A program made the position numbers and the translations under genes. The notes under the pieces are model-generated. The model saw nothing but the letters and a program-made list of their open reading frames with translations. It had not been told where the DNA came from and did not search any database. Below, piece after piece: positions 1-11,460 of a DNA stretch of 64,000 nucleotides (position 1 is its first letter; each line of letters begins with the position of its first letter). The stretch is from an uncultured Acidobacteriota bacterium (GTDB lineage: Bacteria; Acidobacteriota; UBA6911): assembly GCA_963809485.1 (NCBI GenBank), contig CAWEJX010000001.1:128001-192000 (forward strand), written 5' to 3'.

Positions 1-1
1 T

Positions 2-2071
2 AGCCAGGGAAAGCTCGTTGCCGATACGCGGACCAATGGCAGGGGGGAGTTTTCGCTGGTTTTGCCGGAAGGGGAATATAGGATGTCGGCAACCATGGCG
101 GGGTTTGCCGCCGTCAAGGACAGAATCGTGCAGGTGCCTTCCGAGACGGCCCCGCTGGAACTGACGCTGCAAATCTCATCGCCGCAGGAGCAGGTTGTCG
201 TGACGGCGACGAGGACAGAAACGCCGCTGTCGCAGATTGGCAGCAGCACGACAGTAATTTCCGGGGAGGCGCTTTCGCTGAAGGGCATGTCCTCGGTATC
301 GGAGGCCTTGAGGGAAGTCGCAGGAATTGCGGTCGTTCAAAGCGGCGGCGTGGGGACCGTGACATCCCTGTTCTTGCGGGGAGGCGAATCGGATTACACC
401 AAAATACTCATCGATGGAATTCCAATGAATGAGCCGGGAGGTAGCTACAACTTTGCCAACCTGTCCACCTCGGATATTGACCGCATTGAGGTGGTGCGCG
501 GTCCTCAGAGCGCGCTGTTCGGCTCGGATGCCATCTCGGGAGCCATCCAGATCTTCACCAAACGGGGAAAAGGCGAAGGATTGTCGCCCAAACCGTCGGT
601 AATGGTTGAAGGCGGCACCTATTCGACCTTGCGTTACGGCGGGGGGGTAGAAGGAAGCAGCAGCTGGATGGACTACTCGGCTTCGTTCTCGCGGATGGAC
701 ACCGACAATAACGTCGCGAACGGTTCCTTCAATCAGACAACCATTACGGGGAACCTGGGATTCCAGCTGTCCCGCAAAACCGAGCTTCGGGCTGTCTTTC
801 GCAGCGAGGCCGGCCGTTCGGGAGTCCCGGGGCCGTGGGCATTCGAGCGCCCTGATCTTGACGCCTATTACGAGCACAGGCAGGAGTCGGGGGCTCTCAC
901 CATGACTCATTTCCAGACGCCGGCGTGGACGCAAAGGCTCTCCTACACCGTGAACGATTCTCGCCAGTTCTCGGCGAACCCGCTGGATTCCGGGAGCTAT
1001 ACACCGCAATACCAGGGCCGCGTCGCCCCCTTTCCATACTCCGACTGGGTTTATGAACACCTGAACCAGACGCGGCGCCAGAAGGTGAACTATCAGAGCG
1101 ACCTGATCCTGCCCCGCGGGCACTTCCTGACGGCAGGCGTCGATTACGAACACGAATCGGGAATTGTGGGAGACCCCAATTACAATCCCGGCTCCGCCTC
1201 GCGGGATAATTACGGCGGATTTATCCAGGACCAGTGGGCTTTGAGAAACCGCCTCTTTGCAACTGCAGGGGTTCGCCTGGATCAAAACGACAGCTTCGGA
1301 TTTTACGCCTCTCCCCGTGTCTCCCTGGCACTGCTGGCACGGCCCGCCGACGCGAAAAGATTCTGGGGGATGACAAAAATCAAGGCCAATTTCGGCCTTG
1401 GCATCAAAGAGCCTACCCTTCTGGAGTCGTATAGCACGTCCATCTATTACATGGGCAATCCGGATCTTCGGCCGGAAAAAACGACCAGTTACGATGCGGG
1501 GATCGAGCAGCAAATTAACTCCGGCCGCGGCGTCCTGGAGTTGACCTATTTCCAGAATCACTTCCGTGACCAGATCGGCTTTTCGATAACCGACTACTCG
1601 ACCTTTGCCGGTTCCTACTTCAACATGGGAAAATCCCGGGCGCGCGGTATGGAGGCCTCCGCGCGATACGGTTTTCGATGGAACCTGGAGATCGGGGGGA
1701 CCTACACATTCCTGGATTCTGAAGTTCTGGAAGCCTCAGGCAGTTCCGATCCCGCGTTTGCCAAAGGGCAGGAACTCTTCCGCCGCCCCCGGCATTCAGG
1801 CTACCTGGATTTGCGCTGGAAGCCCGGACGTCTGACGTTGGGCGCAAGCGCAATCATGGTCGGATCCCGCGTGGATTCCGATTTTTCCGGACTGGGCATA
1901 ACGAGGAATGAAGGCTACAGCGTGCTGAACCTGATGGCGAATTTTAGGCTCATCGGCGATATGTCGCTCTTTGCCACGCTCAACAATGTCACCGACGAGT
2001 TCTATATGGAAGCGCTGGGCTATCCATCGCTGGGCAGGCATTTCCGCATCGGCCTGCGCGCCGGCTTTTAG
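2..2071 (+). CDS. TonB-dependent receptor, BtuB-like (5' end outside the window)
   Basis: Frame is open from base 2. It has a TonB-box-like VVVTATRTE, plug motifs (LIDGIP, IDRIEVVRGPQSALFGSDA), NPDLRPE and a C-terminal Phe. Confidence 0.9.
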   Translation, partial: SQGKLVADTRTNGRGEFSLVLPEGEYRMSATMAGFAAVKDRIVQVPSETAPLELTLQISSPQEQVVVTATRTETPLSQIGSSTTVISGEALSLKGMSSVSEALREVAGIAVVQSGGVGTVTSLFLRGGESDYTKILIDGIPMNEPGGSYNFANLSTSDIDRIEVVRGPQSALFGSDAISGAIQIFTKRGKGEGLSPKPSVMVEGGTYSTLRYGGGVEGSSSWMDYSASFSRMDTDNNVANGSFNQTTITGNLGFQLSRKTELRAVFRSEAGRSGVPGPWAFERPDLDAYYEHRQESGALTMTHFQTPAWTQRLSYTVNDSRQFSANPLDSGSYTPQYQGRVAPFPYSDWVYEHLNQTRRQKVNYQSDLILPRGHFLTAGVDYEHESGIVGDPNYNPGSASRDNYGGFIQDQWALRNRLFATAGVRLDQNDSFGFYASPRVSLALLARPADAKRFWGMTKIKANFGLGIKEPTLLESYSTSIYYMGNPDLRPEKTTSYDAGIEQQINSGRGVLELTYFQNHFRDQIGFSITDYSTFAGSYFNMGKSRARGMEASARYGFRWNLEIGGTYTFLDSEVLEASGSSDPAFAKGQELFRRPRHSGYLDLRWKPGRLTLGASAIMVGSRVDSDFSGLGITRNEGYSVLNLMANFRLIGDMSLFATLNNVTDEFYMEALGYPSLGRHFRIGLRAGF

Positions 2072-2462
2072 TCAGCTACCTCCGGCAAAGCCTGAGGATT
2101 GAAAGATTTGAACCGCTCAAAGCGGTTGGACTAGTTACGCCGGTCTTGAACGCTGACTTACGCGGGCAAAAGCCGATGAGGCGCTTCCGATCCCCGCAGG
2201 GGCCAGCGCTCCGCGCTGGAAGTTTTCGCGGCGGCGTGGCAAGCGCCGTGCGGCAAGTAGATGAAGGGTATGAGAAACTGGGCGTTTGCCACAGTGCCAC
2301 CGCAGAAAACTCCATCGGAAGCGCCTCATCGGTTTTTGTTCGCCGACCCTCGCCGAACAAATCCACGTTTGTCAGCGCTTTTGTCAGCGTTTCTCAGCGT
2401 TTCAAAATACGGAACTGTCAAACTCTTTGAGTCTCCCGGCAGAGCCGGGGATTTTCGATGTA
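2071..2462 (-). mobile_element. Non-autonomous IS200/IS605-type element, family A copy 1 (392 bp)
   Basis: Near-identical ends to 17910-18196 and 34731-34953. Terminal hairpins cctccggcaaagcctgagg (2079-2097) and cccggcagagccggg (2435-2449). No transposase ORF. Confidence 0.8.
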
Positions 2463-2468
2463 TTCAGA

Positions 2469-5400
2469 CTAAGGATTCAGCGTGATCTGATGGGTCTCCA
2501 AGGTGCGCGCGATGGAACGATCCACGTTGGCGATGGCCTCTGCCAGATTCGCGCGGGCGCGGACTTCGCTGATGCGCGCGATGACATAGCTGTTTTGCCG
2601 CTCGAGCACAAGATACATGGTGGTCGTGCCGGACTGGAACTGGCGCTGCTCGCTGGCATATTGCTCCAGCGCGCTCTGAGCAGCCATTTGCGCGGCATCA
2701 TATCGGGCGCGCGCCGAGTTCAGCTGTTCCAGCGCATTGCGCACATCCGCGGCTACGTACATTTCCAGCTGTTTCCTTACAAGCTGCAGCCTTCGGCCCT
2801 CCGCCAGGGCGGTTGCCGCATTCGCTTCAGCCGTGCGGTTGGACAGGGGCAGTGAAATCTGTATTCCCGCCTTGAAAGTCGGGAAGTTCCCGGCCCAGAT
2901 GTTATATAGCGACTGCCGGTTGCCCCCTATGAGGACTTCTGCCACCTGTCCTCCGGGAAAACCCGGGAATGGCGAGAACTCCTGGGCGTTCCCGCCAGAC
3001 CGGATGCCGTGGCGGTGCCGAACAGGTCCACCTGCGGCTTTTTCTGGTCCTTGTAGAAGCGCGTGTCGATTTTGTTGATATCCAGACTAATGGAGTTTCC
3101 GGACAACTCCGGACGGGAAGCCAACGCCTGTTTCAGGGCCTCTTCGAGCGGCGGCGCCGAAGCGTCCGGATTTTGCTGTATCTCGGGGATCAGCGCCTCA
3201 TTCCACATCGGATCTTCTGTGCCGCTCAGCATCATCTGCTTCAAATTATTCTCGGCCGCCGTCAGCGTTTCCTGCGAAAGCGCCAGGGTTTGCCGGTAGG
3301 TCGCCACCTGTCTCTGCGCGGCGATAATTTCAATCGGCGCCAGCAGCCCCTGTTCCACCTGCCGGCGGTTGCTTTCGTACTGCTCCGTGGCAAGCCTCAC
3401 GGCTTCGGTCTGCACTTCAAGGTTCTGCCAGGCATAGACCAGTTCCCAGTAAAACTGCACCGCCTGCGTGATCCGCTCGATCACCTTCTGGCGCAACTGT
3501 TCGGCGCTGAGATCCCGGTTTTTTTTCGCCACCAGCAGCGAGTGCCGCCCTGCGTCTATGCGCAGATCGCGCCAGAGCGGCTGGGTGAAATTCAGAGACA
3601 GCGAAGAAGGATACTGGGGATTGAGCGTGGTGAAACTGCTGTCGTTGGTCTGCTTGGAATCGTTGAAGGTCAAGCTGTAAGAAGTTCCCAGCCAGGGCGA
3701 GAGGCCGGTCAGTTTGGGCGTGAACGTGAAATCAGTCGAGGTGAGCTTGCCGCTTTCGGAACCGCCGATGATCGTGGCAATCGGTGTCTGGGTGCGGGAT
3801 TTGAACCCGTCCAGAGTGAAAACCGGATCAAAATAGCCTTTTGCGCCTTTTACACCATGCCCTGCTTTTTCAACGGATATATAAGAGATCGCAAGCTCCG
3901 GGTCATTGGCCAATACCCTTTCGATGGCCTCTTTTAGGGTAAGATTTGTTTTGCCCTGCACCCCGATTCGCGGAGCTATTTTAAACGGCTTCATCGGCTG
4001 CAAATCGACGGACTGCGGCAAGTCCGTCTTCAGAGCCGTCACGGGCGTTTGAGCCGGGGAGGCTGAAACAAAGACGACCCAAAGCGATACAATTGCTGCG
4101 GCCTTCGCCGCCTGTCTGGCCTTCCAGGGAAAAGTGCGGATGGAGCGCAGCCGGTTCGCCAGATCCTCCCAAAGGGAATAGAAAACTGGAACGGCCAGCA
4201 GCGTAAGAGCCAGACAGAGGGTCTGTCCGCCCGCCACCATGACGCCTATGGAGTGGTTGGTCGTTGCGCCGGCTCCACGCGAAAGCAAAAGCGGAATCAT
4301 GCCGCACACCAGAGCGAGGGTCGTCATCAGGATCGGCCGCAAACGGTCCCGGTTTGCCTGGATGATGGCCTCGTAGCGGTTCATTCCCGCTGCACGCAAC
4401 CCATTGGTGTGGTCGATCTGCAGAATTGCGTTCTTCTTAACAATGCCGAACAGCAGCAGCAATCCCAAGTCCTGAGAAGACGTTGATGCTCTGGGCGGTA
4501 ACGAGCATGGAAAAGAGACCAAAGGGTATGGCCAGGGGAAGAGAGATCAGAATCGTGACAGGGTGAATAAAGGATTCGAACTGGGCGGCAAGCGCGATGT
4601 ACATGAAGATGAAGGCCAGCGCGAAAGCAATCCCGAAATTGTAGAACAGCTCGTTCATTCTCTCGAGTCATACCGGAAGGGGCTCCTCTATAGTCCGGTC
4701 CCATGTTCAATCCCTGGACCAGGCGGTCAAAGCCGTTCACGGCAGCGGATTGGGATCCGCCGGCTAAAAGGTTGCCTGTGATTTCGACGATACGTTGCCG
4801 GTTGAGCCGCTTGACGGAAGATGGCCCCGCAGCTGGTGCGGCTGCGCACGACCTCGTTCAAGCCAACCGATCCGTTCTTGGTGGATGCCACAGTCAGCTT
4901 TTCCAAGCCCTCCAGTGGATCCGCGGAAACGATCTTCGGCCCGCACGACGACATCATATTGATCGTCGCCTGCGCTGAAGGTGCTGGCTGTCTGCCCGGC
5001 AACCAGAGTATTGAGCGCCTGCTGGATGTCCTGCACGGAAACTCCGAGGTCGGCAGCTCTCGATCGATCGATATCCAGACTTACTTCCGGTTTGCCGGTC
5101 CGAAGTGAACTGTCCAGGTCTCCCAAGCCGGGTATTGTTTTCGCCTGGGCGATGAGTTTATCGGAATACTCCCCGAGCTTTTTCAGGTCCGGGCCCTGCA
5201 GAAACGTACTGGATGTCGGACATTCCCGGCCCGCCGCCTCCCATCCCGGTCGCGGCGACAACCGATAGGAAGATATTGGAGGATGGTTTTTAAGGATGTC
5301 CCGAACCTTTGTAGCCATATCTTCGGACGACAACTTGCGATCTCCAATGTCCACGCAGCTTGACGAAAATTGAGGCTTCATTGATGGCTCCGCTGGAACT

Positions 5401-7207
5401 TCCGCCCACGGTCGTAAGAGTGTGGGTCACACCCTCCAGGGACCGGACGGTGCGGGCGACGCTTTCGGAATACTTTGTGGTTGCGGCCAGGGAGCTTCCT
5501 TCGGGAAGCCGTATGCTGATGTTGAATTGTGACTGGTCGTCCCTGGGGATCATGTTTTTGCCGATCATCATGAACAGAGGCGCGATGCTGAGTACAACCA
5601 GGAGACAGCCAACGACAATGGTCTTGCGGTGGCCCATGGACCATACCAATGCTTTCGTATAGGTGGTATCCAGGATTCGGAAAAAGCGCGTATCTTTCGA
5701 CTTGTGGCCCGAACTTATCGGCGGACGGCCGGACAAAGCGAGAACACAGCATGGGGGTCAGGGTGAAGGACACCAGCAGCGAAACAACCACGGCTCCCGG
5801 CGCAGGTGAAGCCAAAGGCGCCCAGAAACTTTCCCGCCATTCCGCCCATGAATCCTACCGGCAGAAAAACGGCCAGCAGGGATACGGTTGTCGCCAGCAC
5901 CGCAAGCCCGATTTCTTTGGTGCCGTGGACAGCCGCCTCGAAGGGCCCCATTCCCTTCTCTTCCATGTAGCGATAGATATTTTCGAGCACAATGATGGCA
6001 TCGTCGACCACCACTCCGACCATCAGCGTGAGGGCAAGCATGGTGATCTGGTTCATGGTGTAATGCATGATCGCCATGAGAGAAAAGGCGGAGATGATCG
6101 AGACCGGGATCGCGATGGCCGCGATCACCGTCGTGCGCCAGTTGGCCAGAAAGAAAAACAGGACGATGGCCGCGAGCAGGCTTCCCTCGAACAGGTGATT
6201 TCGGATGCCGTTGATGGCAGGCTTCAATGAAAATCGATCCGTCATTGATGATCTGGATTTTGACATCCTTGGGCAGAGTCTCCTGGATCTGTGCCAGGCG
6301 TTCCTTGACGGCGTGGACAACCTCCACCGTGTTCGTTCCCGACTGCTTGGAAATTGCCAGCTGCACTGCGGGCACACCGTCCAGCCGCACTGCGGTGGTT
6401 GGCTCCTTGGTGCTGTCCTTCGCAAACCCCATGTCGCTGACCTTAACCTGATAGCCATTTCTTGTGGTGACCACAACGTTGTTGAAATCGCCGGGTCTTT
6501 GATCTTCCCGGAAGTCCGGATCGTCAGATCCTCTGCGCCCGCTTTTCAGGCTTCCTCCGGGCATCTCCATGTTTTGAATTCTCAGACGCATTGAAGACAT
6601 CCGTGACCGATGAGATTGTAGGCGCGCAGGCGCTCCGGGTTGACGATGATGTGGATTTCACGATCCGCGCCACCCTGTATCTGGACCTGGCCGACACCCT
6701 CGCAGTTCTCCAGTCTCTGTTTGATCAGCTTGTCGGCGATCATGGTCACGTCGCGCGTGGAGCGGGGCGCCGATACGGCGATCTGCAAAACCGAGCCTGC
6801 ATCCGGATCCATTTTCGATACGACCGGGACTTCGGCGCTTGAGGGCAGCTCGTTGACAATCTGGTTGACCTTATTCTGGACTTCCTCGGCCGCGACGATG
6901 CCGCTCTTGGAAAGATCGAATTCGATCCGGACTACGGATATTCCTTCCGACGAAGTGGAGCTGATTTCATCCAGCCCGTTGATGCTGTTGACGGCATCCT
7001 CGATTTTCCTGGTGATCTCGGTCTCGATCTCCTCCGGTGAGGCGCCGAGATTCACGGTGGTCACGGCCACCATCGGAGCATCGACGTTCGGCATCCGGTC
7101 TACGCCGAGCGAAGAGTAGGTAGAAGATCCCGGCCACGACGAACGACAACATCAACATGGTCGCGAAAACGGGGCGCTTGATGCAGAGTCTGTGCTAATG
7201 CATGCAT
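2469..7207 (-). CDS. AcrB/HAE1-type RND permease fused to a C-terminal TolC-family outer membrane factor; broken by many indels
   Basis: Fragments read in order: [63 protein letters not shown]. These continue in frame into OMF motifs ([42 protein letters not shown]). Confidence 0.8.
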
Positions 7208-7228
7208 GATAAAGAACCCTTTCGGTTA

Positions 7229-8514
7229 TTAACGGGTAGCGATAGACGCCCCGTCGTATAAACTGGCCTGGTTATCGGTGACGACCGTCTCGTTCCCCGT
7301 AAGCCCGGTGAGAATCCGTAATCTGATCGCCGTCGGTGTCCCCTTTCAGGACAACATTCAGGTGGGCGACGCCATTGACCAACACTGTAAATGTGATTTG
7401 CATCGGTCGTGCTGTCGTAGAAAACAGCTTTTGCAGGCACGAAGACCGCCCGCTCCATGCCCGGCAGCATCAATTTTGCATTGGCGAACATGCCCGGGCG
7501 GAGTTCCGCTTTGGGATTCTCGAACCGGGCTTCGACCATGAATGCGCGTGAGCTTGGAATTTACGGAAGGCACAACCGCATGAACCTTGCCGGTGAAGTC
7601 CCGGTTCGGATACGCGGCGACGCGAGCCGTCACGGCCATGCCGGTTTTCACTTCGGCGGCGCGCTGTTCGGGAACCTTCAGCTGAAGCCGCACCGTGGAA
7701 ATGCGCACAAGAGTAGCCGACCTTGTTGTTCGTTCCCACCCATTGCCCGGCCGATACCGGCCGTTCGGTGATATACCCGTCGAAGGGAGCCCGGACCGTT
7801 GTGTCTTCCAGGTTCTTTTCAGCTTGCGCCAGTCTGCGATTCGGCGGCCGTCAGAGATGCCTGGGCAGCCTCGATTGCGCGGTAGTTCTGGCGCGCTGCG
7901 TTGACCTGCGCCTCGTATTGTTTCCGGGCGGAATTGGCCGCAGCTTCAGCCGTCTGCTGCTGCGTTTTGAACTTTTCGTAGTTGCTTTGGGAAACGTCCC
8001 CGCTCTTGACCAGGTTTGCGTATCGCTGCGCGTCCGCGGCCGCCAGCTTGGCCGATGCCAGGGCGGATTCATAGGCAGCCATCGACGACGCCACCTCCGG
8101 AACCAGATCGGGATTGAAATCGCCGTCGCCGCTCCAGCCGACCCTTGATTGCGCCTGGTTCAATAGGAATTTCGCCTGCTCCCGGCCCGCCCGCGCCTGT
8201 TCAAGCCTCAATTGTGCATCGCGCTGTTCCAGGACGCAGATGGCCTGTCCCTTTCGGACATAATCCCCCACCTCAACGGGCGTCGATGCCACTCTTCCGC
8301 CGATTGCGGGCGCGACATCCGACGACTCCTCGGCAATGAACGCACCGGTCGCCTGGAAAGAACTCGGGACAGACCGAACCGCGGCCTTTGCTACAGTTAC
8401 GACGGGCTTTTGCGTCGCATCTTCCTTGGTTGAGGCGGGGCCACTTCGAGGGGGGCCAGGACATGCAGTCATAGATAAAACGATAATTAACAATGAAACG
8501 TAAAATCTGATCAT
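7229..8514 (-). CDS. RND periplasmic adaptor (MFP) lipoprotein, frameshifted
   Basis: Lipobox MTAC, lipoyl half-motif GGRVASTPVEVGDYVRKGQ, coiled coil, LRPGMFA, C-terminus LYDGASIATR. Spread over several ORF fragments. Confidence 0.85.
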
Positions 8515-8532
8515 ATCCAACGTTTTGCCTTT

Positions 8533-9255
8533 CTATGCATTCACCGGGCGCCCGGCATGAGATTCAGGAGACACCGGTCTGTTTCGCCTGCGGGCAGGCT
8601 TACTGGATGCCCTTAACCCACCCAGGATCAGGCGTGTGAAACTCTCCGCCAGTTTCCCGTCCGACAGTTTGAGGCGATCCACCCCAAAGATGCTCTTGGC
8701 GAGCCCGTAATAGCTGGGCATGCTCAAGATCGCATGCACGGCGACATTGGGATCGCATTTTGCGAAGACGCCCTTTTTCTGCCGCTTCGTGATGTAATCG
8801 CAGATAAAATTATGCAGCGGCAGGACCCGCTGAGCCATGATTCTGGGCAGTGGATGCCCGGTCAGCACCGCCTGGTACATCAGCCTTTGAAACTGCGGTT
8901 CCTTCCGGTGCGACTGCAGTATTCTCTCCACCATCGATCGGACCAGGGCTTCGTCGTCCTCGCGCTCGGCATACCTACGCAGCTGCCCCTCCCACTCCTC
9001 CATCCCCGATTCCTTAGCGGAATAGTCGAGGATGTTCTTGTAGAGTTCCTCCTTGGTCGCGAAGTGCTGGAAGATGATGCCTTCGCTCACGCCTGCTGCG
9101 GCCGCGATGGATTTCGTGGTTGTCCCCTCGAATCCCCGCTCCGAAAATAATCGGACCGCAATCTTAAGCAGCTGTTCCCGGCGTTTTTCGGCCGGGAACC
9201 GTTTACGCCCCGGCGGCGGTTCCGGAGCCTGCGCACCCGTAACATTCATCTTCAT
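8533..9255 (-). CDS. TetR/AcrR family regulator
   Basis: HTH LFSERGFEGTTTKSIAAAAGVSEGIIFQHFATKEEL; first gene of the efflux operon. Confidence 0.93.
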   Translation of the reverse strand: MKMNVTGAQAPEPPPGRKRFPAEKRREQLLKIAVRLFSERGFEGTTTKSIAAAAGVSEGIIFQHFATKEELYKNILDYSAKESGMEEWEGQLRRYAEREDDEALVRSMVERILQSHRKEPQFQRLMYQAVLTGHPLPRIMAQRVLPLHNFICDYITKRQKKGVFAKCDPNVAVHAILSMPSYYGLAKSIFGVDRLKLSDGKLAESFTRLILGGLRASSKPARRRNRPVSPESHAGRPVNA

Positions 9256-9277
9256 ATGTGTCCGTTCCCTCATCTAT

Positions 9278-9297
9278 ATAAGTGAGTGCATACTTAT
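9278..9297. promoter_or_regulatory. Putative TetR operator
   Basis: Imperfect palindrome ATAAGTgagtgcatACTTAT just upstream of tetR, next to a minus-strand TTGACG (9317-9322). Confidence 0.55.
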
Positions 9298-9570
9298 TAT
9301 CGTCTGGAGTCTTCCCCGTCAAGAGCGATTTTTGCTGAAACTTATCCGTTAGTGGGTTTTTTGTCCAATCTCCGGGGGTGGAATGCGGAAGGCCGGGCGA
9401 CTCCGGGCAATGCCGGAGGTTGAGCGTGGTCCGTTCAACGCGGCTTCAAAAGAGTCGGGGATCCCGGCCGCTGAAATATGCCGACCGTGGGCTTGCTTGT
9501 CAGTGTTAGCCGATTTGAAGTCCGCCAGACTCCGGGAGCCCCTCCAAAAAGCTGAGGTCTCGCCGATGCA

Positions 9571-10674
9571 TTATTTGAGCGCCACCAGGCCCAGCTTCAT
9601 CAGCTTTTCCAAAACGCGGAGAATCTCGAGCTCTCTCAGCGGCGAAAGCATGACGATCGATTTGACATCCCAGGTCCCGTTGATCCGGGATGCCACGAAC
9701 CCTTCCTCGTGGGTCAAATTATGCCGGGTTAGCGACGATTCGGGAACCAGGAAATAGGGCACTCTTCCCGCCGGGATCGGTCCCCGGTAAAATTCCTGGC
9801 AAATGGCTTTTTCCGCCTGCTCGATCTGCTCGGAGGCCAGCACATTCTGGGGATCCGCCTTGAGCACCTCCTGAAAAATGGAAATCGCTTCGTGGAAATT
9901 GTGGCGCTGCATGCACTCGAGGCCTTTGTGGAACAGCTTCGCAGGGGTTTCCACTTCCGGTGCAGGATGAACAATTTCTTTGATTTCGACGATGTCCTGT
10001 TCGTAAAGCTGAAAAAGCTCAAAACAGACCCAAAAATCCGAGCCGTGCATTTCCAGTATGATTTCGGAAATGGGTTTCTTAAGGGTCAGGAGAAACAGCA
10101 GTTTTTTCTGCAGGGGGGAAAGGCTGAGGCTCTTCAAATCCGCCTGGGGGCGGAGCGACAGCACCACGTCGTTGCTGGGGAACACCGACCGGATGCGGGC
10201 CCACTCGTCTTTGCGGCGGATGCCCTCGAAGATGAGGGAGTTGATATCCATTTTGATCAATATCAGATCGTCGAGATCATATTCGCCGGCCGAAAAGTGA
10301 AAGTAGCCTTCGTCCCACAGGAATAAGTCGTAGATGACTTCTTCGGTCCGAGTGATCAAGGCCTTTTCCACATCTTCCCGCGAGACCAGTTTTTCCTGGA
10401 CCAATATTTTGCCCAAAAGCGCCCGGGATTGGAGGTGGATTTCAAAAGCCCGTTTGAGCTGGGATTCTGTCAGTTTGCCCTGAAACAGCAGGAATTGTCC
10501 AAGTTGCTTGGTAGGATCGTTCGAACGGGAAGAAATGATCTTCCCATCCTTTAAGTATATATAAACTTTAATTTTATCCTTGACGAAGGCGAGCGCGCCG
10601 GTCTTCCGTCCAATGGTGACCCATTGAAGGACTTCCGGCAAATCCATGGTTTTCAGCCTTCCCGAGAGCGACAT
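9571..10674 (-). CDS. DUF4388 (PatA_N-like) domain protein with TPR
   Basis: MSLSGRLKTMDLPEVLQW..KTGAL, LGQFLL, VIYDLFLWDEGYFHF, EGIRRKDEW; TPR-like EAISIFQEVLKADPQN. Confidence 0.85.
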   Translation of the reverse strand: MSLSGRLKTMDLPEVLQWVTIGRKTGALAFVKDKIKVYIYLKDGKIISSRSNDPTKQLGQFLLFQGKLTESQLKRAFEIHLQSRALLGKILVQEKLVSREDVEKALITRTEEVIYDLFLWDEGYFHFSAGEYDLDDLILIKMDINSLIFEGIRRKDEWARIRSVFPSNDVVLSLRPQADLKSLSLSPLQKKLLFLLTLKKPISEIILEMHGSDFWVCFELFQLYEQDIVEIKEIVHPAPEVETPAKLFHKGLECMQRHNFHEAISIFQEVLKADPQNVLASEQIEQAEKAICQEFYRGPIPAGRVPYFLVPESSLTRHNLTHEEGFVASRINGTWDVKSIVMLSPLRELEILRVLEKLMKLGLVALK

Positions 10675-10860
10675 CCGGCAGTGTCATCCTTTCGCCAGGT
10701 TGCAAAATTCCCCGATTAGCTTATCGGATTCCGGAAGGGCATCTATACAATTAATGGAAAAACCTTGTTAAGATAGGATGTTGGTGAAGGCCGATCGGAA
10801 AACGAACGCACGATTGGCATCCCGTGAACCTGAAGGTGGAAAACCACAAGCGGGAAGGAG

Positions 10861-11460
10861 TTGTTCTTGGTTCTGACCTATGCCAACCAATTGACAATTC
10901 TGCGGATGGCTTTTGTTCCGTGCTTTGTTCTGCTCCTCATCTACGGCTATCCAAAATCCGCAACCGTTCTGTTCCTGATCGCGGCTTTCACGGACGGGCT
11001 GGATGGGCTTCTTGCGCGGAAACTTCAACAGAAAACCGTTCTGGGATCCTTCCTGGACCCGATGGCGGATAAGATCCTTTTGACGGCTGCTTTTGTCACT
11101 TTAACCGTCCCTTCCTTGCCTCTGGTCCTGCACATTCCGACCTGGCTGACCATTCTGACCATCAGCCGTGACGTTCTCATCGCGGTCTCGGCGCTGATCA
11201 TCCACCTGCAGACCCATCATTCGCAATTCCCTCCCAGCCTTCTCGGCAAATGCACGACCGCCGTTCAGCTGATGACCGTGGGCGTATGCATGCTGGCGAA
11301 TTTTGAGATAAACCTGGCCGTGGCGATTTTCCCCCTAATCGTTCACTCCACCCTGGCCTTTACGCTGGCTTCCGGTTTTCACTACGCCTATAAGTCCGTA
11401 AAGCTCATCGAGTCCTATCAGGAAGCAGGGAATGTCCAAAAGAGGGATCAGGATTCTTGA
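10861..11460 (+). CDS. CDP-alcohol phosphatidyltransferase (PgsA-like)
   Basis: ANQLTILR and the signature DGLDGLLAR..G..LDPMADK. Confidence 0.9.
   Translation: MFLVLTYANQLTILRMAFVPCFVLLLIYGYPKSATVLFLIAAFTDGLDGLLARKLQQKTVLGSFLDPMADKILLTAAFVTLTVPSLPLVLHIPTWLTILTISRDVLIAVSALIIHLQTHHSQFPPSLLGKCTTAVQLMTVGVCMLANFEINLAVAIFPLIVHSTLAFTLASGFHYAYKSVKLIESYQEAGNVQKRDQDS

Noticed and set aside
2146-2430. Repeated small ORFs (MNADLRGQKP...) at 2146, 17985 and 34806 as a peptide family
   Set aside because: They are translations of the family A repeat, with TTG starts and inconsistent frames among copies.
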